From the NCBI GenBank assembly GCA_036394195.1, contig DASWFO010000062.1, positions 18,514 to 82,513 on the forward strand: DNA of 64,000 nucleotides, read 5' to 3'. This document shows positions 54,677 through 63,881 of this stretch, one piece after another (within the stretch, counting starts at the first letter, position 1; each line of letters opens with the position of its first letter). The translations under genes and the position numbers were made by a program. Origin of the DNA: Alphaproteobacteria bacterium (GTDB lineage: Bacteria > Pseudomonadota > Alphaproteobacteria > CACIAM-22H2). The notes beneath the pieces were generated by a model. The model was not told where the DNA came from. It ran no database searches and was given only the letters and a program-made list of their open reading frames with translations.

Positions 54677-56259
54677 GGGAGACAATCATGGATCGACGCG
54701 AGTTCATGAAGGTCGGCATCGGCGCCGGGACGATGGCCCTGTCGCCGATGGCGAGGGCGGCGGCCGCCGACAAGGCATGGCATGCCGGCCCGGTCGAACA
54801 TCTCCTGCCGACGGTCAACGACCGCCGGCTGCTGCTGAAAGTCTCGCTCAGCCGGCCGGAGCGCGCCGTGTCGCTCGTCATCGGCGATCGGCGCGTCGCC
54901 GGACGCCGCACCGACAGCGACGGCTTCAATTGGGGCTTCGACGCGACGGCTCTGCAGCCGAGCCACGCCTACACGCTGACGCTGGTCGACGCCGCCGGCC
55001 GCGCACTCTGCGATTCATGGCCGATCCGGACATTCCCGGCGCCGCAGGACGCGCCGCAAAAGCTGCGCCTTGCCATCTATACCTGCGCCGGCGGCCACGA
55101 TCTTCTCGGGCTTTTCGTGCCCATGACGACGCGCGTGCGTCTGTTGCAGCGGGCCCTCTCGTTCCAGCCCGACGCCGTCATTGCCAACGGCGACCACATC
55201 TACTGGGACCAGCGGACGGTCAGGGCACGGCAGTCGGGGGCCTCGCCGCGCGCCGAGGCCTACGCGGGACGATTCGATCGCGTGGCTCCGGTCCTGGGCA
55301 GCCCGAACGAAGCGGTGCTGAAACGCGCGGTCGGCCCGCAGATCGCGCCGCTCTACGGCACGCACTGCCGCTCCACGCCGGTCTTCTTCGTCCAGGACGA
55401 CCACGACTATTTCGAGAACGACGAAGCCGACGACCGCTTCGTGAGCTTCCCGCCCGATCCCTTCATGTTGGCGGCGGCGCGGGCCTCGCAGAGCCTTTAT
55501 TATCCGGAGTTCCTGCCCGACCCCAACCGGCCGCTCGGCCTCGCCTCGGCGTCGGCGAATGACCGGCCCGCTGGAATTTCGGAATCGTTCGGGACGCTGC
55601 GCTACGGCCGCCTCGCCGAGATCCTGATGTACGACTGCCGGCGGTTCATGACGCTGAAAGGACAGAGCGCCACGTTCGTTCCGCCGGAGACGGAAACCTG
55701 GCTGAAGGCGCGCATGGCCTCGGGCGACACCGGCCATGTCATCAACATCCCGTCGACGCCGCCGGGCTGGAGTGCCGGCAAGTGGGGCGAGTGGTACGGC
55801 GATCTCGAGGCCAACGGCGGCCTGACCACCACCAAGCCCAAGCCCTACTGGCAGCCGGGCTGGCGCCAGCAGCATGACCGCCTGCTGCAGGCGGCGTCCG
55901 CCATGAAGGGCCGCATCCCGCTGTTCATCAGCGGCGATCTGCACGCCATCGGCGAGACGCGCATCCGCCGGACCGGCGATGTCGACCTCGCGGCCAATCC
56001 CGTCGTGTCTATTCTATCCGGCCCGATCGGCACCGACAATTACGGCTGGCCGTCTTTTTTCCGGCGGATGAGCCCGCAGACGCCGGCGGGGCTCGCTGTC
56101 GACGAGCTGCAGCCGGCCATCGAGGAAAACGGCTTCCTGATCGTCGACCTCACGCCGGAAACGATCACGGCGCGGTTCTTCAAGTGGCGCCACGAGAGCC
56201 CGGATGTGATCGCCGGGCTTGAGCCGTTCCGCACGACCGTGTTGCGCCGCAACGCCTGA
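54673..56259 (+). CDS. Tat-exported PhoD-like metallophosphatase
   Basis: It has a twin-arginine signal ([25 protein letters not shown]) and GDHIY / GDLHA metallophosphoesterase motifs. Its start overlaps the M20 stop. Confidence 0.55.
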   Translation: MRETIMDRREFMKVGIGAGTMALSPMARAAAADKAWHAGPVEHLLPTVNDRRLLLKVSLSRPERAVSLVIGDRRVAGRRTDSDGFNWGFDATALQPSHAYTLTLVDAAGRALCDSWPIRTFPAPQDAPQKLRLAIYTCAGGHDLLGLFVPMTTRVRLLQRALSFQPDAVIANGDHIYWDQRTVRARQSGASPRAEAYAGRFDRVAPVLGSPNEAVLKRAVGPQIAPLYGTHCRSTPVFFVQDDHDYFENDEADDRFVSFPPDPFMLAAARASQSLYYPEFLPDPNRPLGLASASANDRPAGISESFGTLRYGRLAEILMYDCRRFMTLKGQSATFVPPETETWLKARMASGDTGHVINIPSTPPGWSAGKWGEWYGDLEANGGLTTTKPKPYWQPGWRQQHDRLLQAASAMKGRIPLFISGDLHAIGETRIRRTGDVDLAANPVVSILSGPIGTDNYGWPSFFRRMSPQTPAGLAVDELQPAIEENGFLIVDLTPETITARFFKWRHESPDVIAGLEPFRTTVLRRNA

Positions 56260-56274
56260 GCGGGCGCCCGCGGC

Positions 56275-57267
56275 TCAGCGCCAGACCGCGCCGACGATCA
56301 TCGCCAGCACGACAGCGGCGTACAAGATCACGAATATCGGAAGCAGCCGGCGATCGAGCTGGAGTGCTGCGGCCTCGCTCCCGGTTTCGGCGTAGGAGCG
56401 CGCGATGACCGCCGCGATGCCGACCAGGAATCCCGCGCCGAGCGTCACCAGATGAATGCGGTCGATGAGGGTCGAGCCGAACGGCGCCTCGATGTTCCCG
56501 CTGTTGACGCGCATGCTGATCAGCGTGGTGAAGACCGTGGCGGCGGTCACCCCCATGCGTCCCGCGAAGATCGGCGGCAGGGTCGGGTTCATCCGGAAGG
56601 TCAGCGCCATGATCAGGAAGGCCACCACCGCGCCGATCGACAGGTCCACGAACAGCGCAAGGCCGTGGCGCTGCAAATCGACGTTGAATATCAGGCGTGA
56701 GGACTGCACCGGCCCCGGATGCCGCAAATCTCCGAAGTTGGTCGGATAGGGATGCTCCTCGGTCGCGACACTCCAGCCGGTCACCGACCAGCCGGTCAGC
56801 GAGACCGACTGCGCGATCCCCGAGCGCTCCCGGTCGGCAACGAACAGGAGCTCGGCGGTCGTTCCGAAGCTTTCCTCGATCACGATCTGCACCGTCTGCC
56901 GGTCAAACGGAAAGTGCGAGGTATCGAAGCGGTTGTTCACAGTCGCGCGGATGCGCTGCTGATCCCAGCGGCGGCTGCCCTGTTTCTCGGTGAGAATCGG
57001 CTCGGTCGTCTTGGCGGCTTCGTTGACGATGTACGCGGTCTCGAGGGGGGAGCGCGGGCGGGTCTCGCCGTCGACGACGGTCCAGATCCAGAAATCGACG
57101 GCCGCGGTGCCGGCGGCGAAATTCAGATTGTTGAGGCCGGTGAGAAAGACGCCGATGGTCACCTGTTCGGGTTCCGCCGCGGCGGCCCGGGGCGCGGTGA
57201 ACGTCGCGACGATGGCGAGCACCACGGCGAGCACGCCCGCGACGTTCGCCGCCGGCCGGCGCGTCAC
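56275..57267 (-). CDS. Candidate prokaryotic pentameric ligand-gated ion channel (Cys-loop-superfamily homologue, GLIC/ELIC-like)
   Basis: The GTG start gives a signal peptide. A ~190-aa beta-rich periplasmic domain carries the hallmark FPFDRQTVQ (FPFD-x-Q, the beta6-beta7 Cys-loop motif). Four TM helices follow, with a Thr/Ser-rich M2 and a Pro-containing M2-M3 loop. The start overlaps the carbonic anhydrase stop. Confidence 0.55.
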   Translation of the reverse strand: MTRRPAANVAGVLAVVLAIVATFTAPRAAAAEPEQVTIGVFLTGLNNLNFAAGTAAVDFWIWTVVDGETRPRSPLETAYIVNEAAKTTEPILTEKQGSRRWDQQRIRATVNNRFDTSHFPFDRQTVQIVIEESFGTTAELLFVADRERSGIAQSVSLTGWSVTGWSVATEEHPYPTNFGDLRHPGPVQSSRLIFNVDLQRHGLALFVDLSIGAVVAFLIMALTFRMNPTLPPIFAGRMGVTAATVFTTLISMRVNSGNIEAPFGSTLIDRIHLVTLGAGFLVGIAAVIARSYAETGSEAAALQLDRRLLPIFVILYAAVVLAMIVGAVWR

Positions 57268-57950
57268 TCCGTGCCTTTTTGAGTGACGAGACGCGGACCT
57301 TGGAACCCCTTGGCGGAGATCGGATCGATCTCGTCGGGCGATGAGATCGTCACCCCGAGGTCGTGGATTCGGCCGTCGTCGATGCCGTAGATCCAGCCGT
57401 GCACGGCGACGTCCTGGCCGCGCCGCCACGCACGCTGCAGCATCGACGTGTTGCAGACGTGGCGGACCTGCTCGATGACGTTGATCTCGCAGAGCGCATC
57501 CACCTGAGTCTCTTTTGGGAGGACCTCGATCTGCTCGCGATATTGCTGGGCCAGCGCGCTCAGGCTGTACAGCCAGTTGTCGATGAGCCCGAGTTCGTGC
57601 CGCTTCAGGGACGCCTTCACGCCCCCGCAGCCGTAATGGCCGCAGACGATGACGTGCCGCACGCGCAGCGCTTCGACCGCGTATTGGATGACCGCAAGGC
57701 AGTTGAAATCGACGTGCATCACCTGGTTGGCGACGTTCCGGTGAACGAACACCTCTCCGGGCATCACGTCGATGATCTCGTTCGCCGGCACGCGGCTGTC
57801 GGAGCAGCCGATCCACAGCACCTCCGGCGATTGCTGTTTGGCGAGTTTCTCGAAGAACCCGGGGCGCTTCTCCACGACACGCGCCGCCCACTTCCGGTTG
57901 TTCTCGAGCAACCGGCCGAGCGTTCGATCCTTATCGTCAGGCCCCGACAT
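57264..57950 (-). CDS. can: Beta-class carbonic anhydrase
   Basis: CSDSR and HYGCGG zinc-ligand motifs are present. It starts at MSGPDDKDRTLGRLLENNRKWA. Confidence 0.85.
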   Translation of the reverse strand: MSGPDDKDRTLGRLLENNRKWAARVVEKRPGFFEKLAKQQSPEVLWIGCSDSRVPANEIIDVMPGEVFVHRNVANQVMHVDFNCLAVIQYAVEALRVRHVIVCGHYGCGGVKASLKRHELGLIDNWLYSLSALAQQYREQIEVLPKETQVDALCEINVIEQVRHVCNTSMLQRAWRRGQDVAVHGWIYGIDDGRIHDLGVTISSPDEIDPISAKGFQGPRLVTQKGTE

Positions 57951-58000
57951 AGAGGAACCATCGCCCAGGCGTGGGCCCAATGCAACCGAAACGGCGGACG

Positions 58001-58942
58001 TCAGGCCACAGCGGTGATGTCGTCGATTTGTCTTATTTCGGCCAGCGTCAGCGTCCAGCCGGCGGCGTGGACATTCGCCTCAACCTGTTCCGGCTTGGTG
58101 GCGCCGGCGATCACGCTCGCCAAGGTCGGTCGCGACAGGAGCCAGGCGAAGGCGAGATCGAGCAGGCTGTGTCCGCGCGCGTCCGCGAACCCGCGCAGCT
58201 TCTCAACCTTCGCCCAGTTCGCGGCGGTCATATACTTGTCCGCGTGGTTCTGCATATAGGAGAGGCGGGTCCCCTTCTCGGGCTTCTGGTCGCGCCGGTA
58301 CTTGCCGCTCAGCAGACCGCTCGCCAGCGGGAAGAACGGCAAGAGGCCCATGCCGTACTTCTCGATGGTCGGTATCAGCTCGCGTTCGATGTCGCGCACC
58401 ACCAAGCTGTATTCGTCCTGGCAGGAGACAAAGGCCGAGATCCCCAGCCGCTTTGAGGTCTCCTCCGCCTCGGCAACCTGCGCCGCCGGCAGGTTGGAGC
58501 AGCCGATGTAGCGGACCTTGCCCTGGCGGACCAGATCGTCGAGGGCGCGCAAGGTCTCCTCGATCGGCGTCGCCGGATCGGGCCTGTGCAGCTGATAGAG
58601 ATCGATCCAGTCGGTGTTGAGACGCTTGAGGCTCGCCTCCACGGCCGAAACGACGTAGCCGCGCGACGCGTCCAGCTTGCCGCCCTTCTGGATCGGCATG
58701 CCGAACTTGGTCGCCAGCACGATGTCCTTGCGGCGCGGCCCCAGGATCTTCCCGAGCGCCTTTTCCGACCCGCAATCTTCGCCGTAGACGTCGGCCGTGT
58801 CGAACAGCGTGATGCCGGCGTCGAGCGCCTTGTGAACGACCTGGCGCGATGCCTCGAGGTCGATCCGGCCGCCGAAGTTATTGCAACCGAGGCCGATGAT
58901 CGAGACCGCCGGCCCCGCTTTGCCGAGCTTGCGCGTTTCCAT
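58001..58942 (-). CDS. Aldo/keto reductase
   Basis: It starts at METRKLGKAGPAVSIIGLGCNNFGG, with the catalytic tetrad context (D..Y..K..H). Confidence 0.8.
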   Translation of the reverse strand: METRKLGKAGPAVSIIGLGCNNFGGRIDLEASRQVVHKALDAGITLFDTADVYGEDCGSEKALGKILGPRRKDIVLATKFGMPIQKGGKLDASRGYVVSAVEASLKRLNTDWIDLYQLHRPDPATPIEETLRALDDLVRQGKVRYIGCSNLPAAQVAEAEETSKRLGISAFVSCQDEYSLVVRDIERELIPTIEKYGMGLLPFFPLASGLLSGKYRRDQKPEKGTRLSYMQNHADKYMTAANWAKVEKLRGFADARGHSLLDLAFAWLLSRPTLASVIAGATKPEQVEANVHAAGWTLTLAEIRQIDDITAVA

Positions 58943-58945
58943 GTG

Positions 58946-59093
58946 CATTCACTCCGTCATCGCGAGCGGAGCGAAGCGATCCAGTGGCTGCCTTCTGGAT
59001 TGCTTCATCGCCCGGGGATGCAGGGGGCTTCGCCCCTGCGAAAGATTTGGGCTCCTCGCAATGACGACTGGAACCAGACAGCCGAGCGAGAGC
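58946..59093 (-). repeat. REP family B element (inverted copy)
   Basis: Its reverse complement matches 47835..47960. Confidence 0.8.
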
Positions 59094-60014
59094 TTAGGCG
59101 ATCTTGCGCGCCTCGGTCGAGAGGCCCGCGCGCTCGAGGACCGCGTCGAGCCGCTTGGCGAGCTCGGGCGTCGCCGGCACCATCGGCAGCCGGTGCTCCT
59201 CATTCGGCAGGATCCCGAGCCGCTTCATCATGTACTTGATCGGGATCGGGTTGGTGTCGAAGAACACCGACTGGTTGAGCTCGAACAGCTCGTAATGGAG
59301 CACCTTGGCGCCGGCGAGATCGCCCGCGGCGGTTTTCTCGTACAACGCCGCGATCTTGCCGGGCGCCAGATTGCCGACCGCGTTCATCAACCCGCGGGCG
59401 CCGACCGCCAGCATCGGCAGCGACAGGTCCTCGAGGCCGACATGGACGCGGAACTCGGGCCCGAGCCGCACCAGGAGCTCGGTGACGAAGGTGAGGTCGT
59501 TGACCGCGTGCTTGATGCCGACAAGGTTCGGCGCCTGGTCCACGATCTGCGCCACCGTGTCGACCATGATGTTGACCGCGGCGCGGCCCGGGATGTGATA
59601 GATCATCACCGGCAGATCGGTGCGCTTGGCGAGATCGATGAAGTATTCCGCCATGCCGCGCTGCGGTGGCCGGATGAAATACGGTGTCAGGATCAAGAGC
59701 GCGTCGGCGCCGGCCTTCTCGGCTGCTTTGCTCAGTGTCACGGTGTCGGCGTGGCTTTGCGAGCCGGTCGCGGCCACGACGGGCACCCGGCCGGAAGCGG
59801 TCTTCACCGCCACCTCGACCAGCTTGTTGCGTTCCTCGATGGTCAAGGTGGAGGGTTCGCTGGTCGTCCCGTTCACCAGGACGCCGTGCGAACCGCCGGC
59901 GATCTGGCGCTCCACCAGCCGCGCATAGGTCGCGTAGTCGACCTCGCCGTTCTTGAACGGCGTCACCAGCGGCGGGATCGAGCCGCAGAGATGGTTCGGC
60001 CTCAATGAAATCAT
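59094..60014 (-). CDS. DapA/NAL-family class I aldolase (dihydrodipicolinate-synthase-like lyase)
   Basis: The Schiff-base Lys context is present (..GIKHA..) along with the Thr/Tyr motifs (GTTSE, ..YH.P). Its catabolic neighbourhood suggests it is not the housekeeping dapA. Confidence 0.65.
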   Translation of the reverse strand: MISLRPNHLCGSIPPLVTPFKNGEVDYATYARLVERQIAGGSHGVLVNGTTSEPSTLTIEERNKLVEVAVKTASGRVPVVAATGSQSHADTVTLSKAAEKAGADALLILTPYFIRPPQRGMAEYFIDLAKRTDLPVMIYHIPGRAAVNIMVDTVAQIVDQAPNLVGIKHAVNDLTFVTELLVRLGPEFRVHVGLEDLSLPMLAVGARGLMNAVGNLAPGKIAALYEKTAAGDLAGAKVLHYELFELNQSVFFDTNPIPIKYMMKRLGILPNEEHRLPMVPATPELAKRLDAVLERAGLSTEARKIA

Positions 60015-60165
60015 TTGTTCGATCCTATGTGGCGTTGTCGGTGTGCGTCATCCCGGGCAGGCGGCGCTGGCCGCGCGACCCGGGATCCATCTCGCCAGCG
60101 GAACGATGGATCCCGGCTCTCGCTACGCTCGGCCGGGATGACGTGCTGCGCGAAAGCTATGCCCT
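60015..60165. repeat. REP element with nested hairpins (gtcatcccgggcagg... / ...cccgggatccatc...gatggatcccgg)
   Basis: Inverted repeats are seen in sequence. Confidence 0.6.
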
Positions 60166-60169
60166 CGTG

Positions 60170-61255
60170 TCACCCGGCCTGGCGGTTGGTGCCGAAGCCT
60201 TCCTGCACGCCGAGCACGGCCATCGGCATCTTGAGGCTCTCCTGCCACAACAGCGATTCCATGGCGATGTTCAGCGGCTGGTCCTGCACCGTGAGCTCGT
60301 ACACGTAGTCGTCGTACGAGGCGTGGTTGTGCACCGCCCAACCCGGCGCCGACAGCATGAGGTCGCCGGCCTTCCACTCGTACACCTTGCCCTCGACGGT
60401 CGAGCGGCCGGTGCCGTGGAAGTAGTAGTTGATCGCCGCCGAGCTGTGCCGGTGCGGCCGATCGACGATTTTCGGCGGCCGGATGGTCATGGTCGCGAAG
60501 AACGACGGCGTGCAGCCATTGGTGCGGCCGGTCATCGGGTTGTAGAGCATGTAGAGGCGCCGGCCGACATAGTCCTTGCCCAGCGCTTCCAGCTTGTCGA
60601 GGTGGTGCTTCACCGTTTCCCACGGCCAGTGGAACGCCTTCGATTCGACGGCGGGGGGATTGATCAGCACCTCGTAGGGCATGAGCCAGGCGCCGTTGTC
60701 GAGCTTGACGGTGCCGAACGGCGACACGCGGCGCTTCTTGTCCTCGTCGGAGAGCTCCTCGTGCTTCACCGCCTGCACCGGCGGCGGACTCTCCTCGACG
60801 TAATGGACGTTCATCATCTCGAGCAACGGCGCGTTCGAGTAGGTGAGCCGCACCAGCACGTCGTCGCCATCATTGCCGTGCCACACCGGCTGCATCGAGG
60901 GCGTGTTCCAGACGTCGTAGAGCTGCACGTCGAAACGATTGCCGCCGACGACCGAATGCCCCTTGCCGCGGATCACGAAATTCACCTGGGTCGAGTTCTG
61001 GCGGTACGGCACGGTGCGCTCGCCGGGCAGCAGCACATCCAGGGCCACGCCGATCCCGGGGGCCAGCCCGGTCGACAGTTGGTTGGCGGGATGAGCGATC
61101 AACGACCGCCGGCAGCCATTGGCCGGCTTCGGCAGATTGGCGAGTCGCTCGATCTCGGCATCGATCGTTTCCTTCGCGATCACCACCGCGGGCCACAGAT
61201 CGATCTTGCTGGGCGCCTTCCCGGTCTGGTCGATGAACCGCACGCTGTCTGACAT
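60170..61255 (-). CDS. Bicupin dioxygenase, gentisate 1,2-dioxygenase-like
   Basis: The 361-aa ORF has two cupin modules with His-rich metal sites (HxH...H). Confidence 0.55.
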   Translation of the reverse strand: MSDSVRFIDQTGKAPSKIDLWPAVVIAKETIDAEIERLANLPKPANGCRRSLIAHPANQLSTGLAPGIGVALDVLLPGERTVPYRQNSTQVNFVIRGKGHSVVGGNRFDVQLYDVWNTPSMQPVWHGNDGDDVLVRLTYSNAPLLEMMNVHYVEESPPPVQAVKHEELSDEDKKRRVSPFGTVKLDNGAWLMPYEVLINPPAVESKAFHWPWETVKHHLDKLEALGKDYVGRRLYMLYNPMTGRTNGCTPSFFATMTIRPPKIVDRPHRHSSAAINYYFHGTGRSTVEGKVYEWKAGDLMLSAPGWAVHNHASYDDYVYELTVQDQPLNIAMESLLWQESLKMPMAVLGVQEGFGTNRQAG

Positions 61256-61460
61256 GGTCGGGCTCCTGATTCCTCACCTAAAGAGGCGGCTATAGCTTAG
61301 CCTTCTAAGGATAAGGTAAGGCGGCCGCGGGACGTCGTCCACGGCATCTTTTTAAGCTGCCCAGCCAAATGGTTAGGGGAGCCATTGGATTGACTCGGCG
61401 GCCGGCGCGGACGAAGCTGGGCGCGCCCGCCACAAATTCCGTCAGGAAGAACGGATCATC

Positions 61461-62834
61461 ATGGACCGAGTGCCGCAAGGGCGCGAGCGCGAGCGGAGGA
61501 ACGACGCGCCGATCTATGTCGACGACCGGCCACAGGACGGGGTATTCCGGGTCCACCGCGACGTCTATGCCGACCCGGAATTGTTCGCGCTCGAGATGAC
61601 TCACATCTTCGAGCGCACGTGGATCTTCCTCGGCCTCGACTCGCAGATCCCTAAGCCGCACGACTTCATCACCACTGCGATCGGCCGGGCGCCGGTGCTG
61701 GTCGCGCGCAACGCCGAGGGGCGCATCGGCGCCTTCCTCAACGTGTGCCGGCACAAAGGTGCAGTTGTGTGCCGCGCCGAGCAGGGCCATGCCAGGCACC
61801 ACACCTGCCCCTATCACGGCTGGGTCTATGATTCCTCGGGCCGCAATCTCGACATCAAGGATCGCGCCGTCGGCGACTATGGGGCGGGATTCGATGCCGA
61901 CGATCACAACCTGATCCCGATTGCCCGGGTCGCCGCCTACAAAGGCCTGATCTTCGGCAGCCTGTCGCCGGATGTGCCCACGCTCGAAGAGTTCCTGGGC
62001 GACGCGCGGTTCTTCATCGATCTCGCCATGGACCAGGGGCCACACGGGATGGAGTTCGTGCCCGGCCGCTCGATCTACACCTATAACGGCAACTGGAAGC
62101 TCCAGCTCGACAACGGCCTCGACGTCTATCATCTCACGTCGACGCATATCAGCTTCATGGATGTCCAGGCGCGCCGCCGCGCCGGAGCCGGCAACGTCGA
62201 AGCCCGGCAGCTCGACTGGGCCAAGCGCCCGACACAGTCGGCCGGCATGTTCACCTTCCCTTACGGCCATGGCGTGTTCTGGGCCAACAACACCGAGCCG
62301 GAAAAGCGCCCCGTCTACGCCGCGATCGAAGAGATCCGCAATCGCGTCGGCGATGTGCGCGCGGAATGGATGCTGCGCGGCCGCATCGTGTCGATCTTTC
62401 CCAATCTGCAGATTCCCGATGCGATCACCTTGATGCTGCGCCAGTTCCGGCCCCTTGCCGTCGACCGCACGGAGATGCGCAGCTATTGCCTGGCGCCGAT
62501 CGGGGAAGCGCCGGACGCGCGCGCGCGCCGGCTGCGGCAGTTCGAGGACTTCTTCAATCCCGGCGGGCTCGCGACGCCCGACGACATCGTCGTCTACGAG
62601 GACTGCCAGCGCGGCTTCCGGTCGCCCGGCCTCGCCTATCTTCAAGGCTATTCGCGCGGCGCCGGGGCGGCGGTTGCCGGCCCGAACGACGTGGCGCGGG
62701 ACCTCGGCCTCAAGCCCGTCACCAGCCAGACCGGCACCTATAAGACCCAGACGGAAGCGGTGCTGCACGCGCCCTATCGCGAATGGCTGCGCTTGATGGA
62801 CGCCGGACGCGCCGGGCGAAAGGCCTATCCGTGA
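61461..62834 (+). CDS. Rieske non-heme-iron ring-hydroxylating dioxygenase alpha subunit
   Basis: Rieske motif CRHKG(x16)CPYHGW. The catalytic domain has the DxxH...H...D pattern. Confidence 0.8.
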   Translation: MDRVPQGRERERRNDAPIYVDDRPQDGVFRVHRDVYADPELFALEMTHIFERTWIFLGLDSQIPKPHDFITTAIGRAPVLVARNAEGRIGAFLNVCRHKGAVVCRAEQGHARHHTCPYHGWVYDSSGRNLDIKDRAVGDYGAGFDADDHNLIPIARVAAYKGLIFGSLSPDVPTLEEFLGDARFFIDLAMDQGPHGMEFVPGRSIYTYNGNWKLQLDNGLDVYHLTSTHISFMDVQARRRAGAGNVEARQLDWAKRPTQSAGMFTFPYGHGVFWANNTEPEKRPVYAAIEEIRNRVGDVRAEWMLRGRIVSIFPNLQIPDAITLMLRQFRPLAVDRTEMRSYCLAPIGEAPDARARRLRQFEDFFNPGGLATPDDIVVYEDCQRGFRSPGLAYLQGYSRGAGAAVAGPNDVARDLGLKPVTSQTGTYKTQTEAVLHAPYREWLRLMDAGRAGRKAYP

Positions 62835-63337
62835 CGGATGAAGCCGCGGCGCTCGCCGCCGGACGGGACCTTCTCGAGCGCGAAGCGGTCGCCCTCGACG
62901 ACCAACGCTGGGACGACTGGCTGGCCCTGTTCGCCGCCGATTGCGAGTACTGGCTGCCGACCTGGCGCCACGACGAGACGCTGACCGACAACCCCCGCGC
63001 CGAACTCTCGCATATCTATTACGCGAGCCGCGCCGGCCTCGAAGACCGCATCGTGCGCATTCGGTCCGGCCGCTCGCCCGCCTCACTACCGCTGCCGCGC
63101 ACGACCCACATCCTCAGCAACATCCGCCTGCGCGAGCCGCCGGAAAGGGATCGGCTGCGGCTGCGCTCGTCGTGGATCACCCAGGTGTTCTTCACCCGCT
63201 CGCGCGAGACCCACGCCTTCTTCGGTCACAGCGAGCACGATCTCGCCCGCCGCGACGGCTCCTGGCTGATCCTGCGCAAGAAGGTCGTGCTGCAGAACGA
63301 CTACATCCCGGGGATGCTCGACATCTATTGTGTGTGA
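62831..63337 (+). CDS. Ring-hydroxylating dioxygenase beta subunit (NTF2-like)
   Basis: The GTG start overlaps the alpha stop (GTGA). It is 168 aa. Confidence 0.7.
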   Translation: MTDEAAALAAGRDLLEREAVALDDQRWDDWLALFAADCEYWLPTWRHDETLTDNPRAELSHIYYASRAGLEDRIVRIRSGRSPASLPLPRTTHILSNIRLREPPERDRLRLRSSWITQVFFTRSRETHAFFGHSEHDLARRDGSWLILRKKVVLQNDYIPGMLDIYCV

Positions 63338-63353
63338 GAACGGAGGCCAGCGC

Positions 63354-63881
63354 TTACGACGAGACCGCGATCGCTTCGAACGGCCGCCTCCGATACTGCA
63401 GGACGCATCTGACGCCGAATAGAAGATCCACCGTCTGACCATCCGTCGCGAGCGGCAACGTCAAATGCTCGTACTCGAGAAAGTCGCGATCCCTCACCGG
63501 CGACGGCGAAATCCCGTAGGCCGGTGCCTTGTCATCGACGATGGTCGTGAACCGCCGATAGATCGCCTCGAACGTCTCCAGCGAGCCGGTCTGCTCTATG
63601 TACAGCCCCGTCACATCGCGCCCAAAGATTTCGGCGAAATGCGTACCGGTCAGGCGGTGCCGAAACCGGTAGTAGGAACCGTTCCGCACGACGTCGAACA
63701 GAACGACGTGAGCCAGGAACCGCACCATCTCGACGGGATCGAGATGCTCGCGGCCGGGAAGCCGGCCCGGCCCGCAGAGCGCGCGCTTGCCGGTCCAATA
63801 GCGATAGCAGAGCGCAATCGCGGGACTGATCGCCTGCTTTAGATCTTCGTCGGTCGCGACTGCGATGTGCGTGCCCGGCAT
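63354..63881 (-). CDS. PAS-domain protein (175 aa), possible sensor/regulator of the adjacent oxygenase genes
   Basis: Its composition is protein-like and the PAS-like length and pattern fit. Its start faces an intergenic region carrying a TTAACCGGATTAACCG direct repeat. Confidence 0.45.
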   Translation of the reverse strand: MPGTHIAVATDEDLKQAISPAIALCYRYWTGKRALCGPGRLPGREHLDPVEMVRFLAHVVLFDVVRNGSYYRFRHRLTGTHFAEIFGRDVTGLYIEQTGSLETFEAIYRRFTTIVDDKAPAYGISPSPVRDRDFLEYEHLTLPLATDGQTVDLLFGVRCVLQYRRRPFEAIAVSS

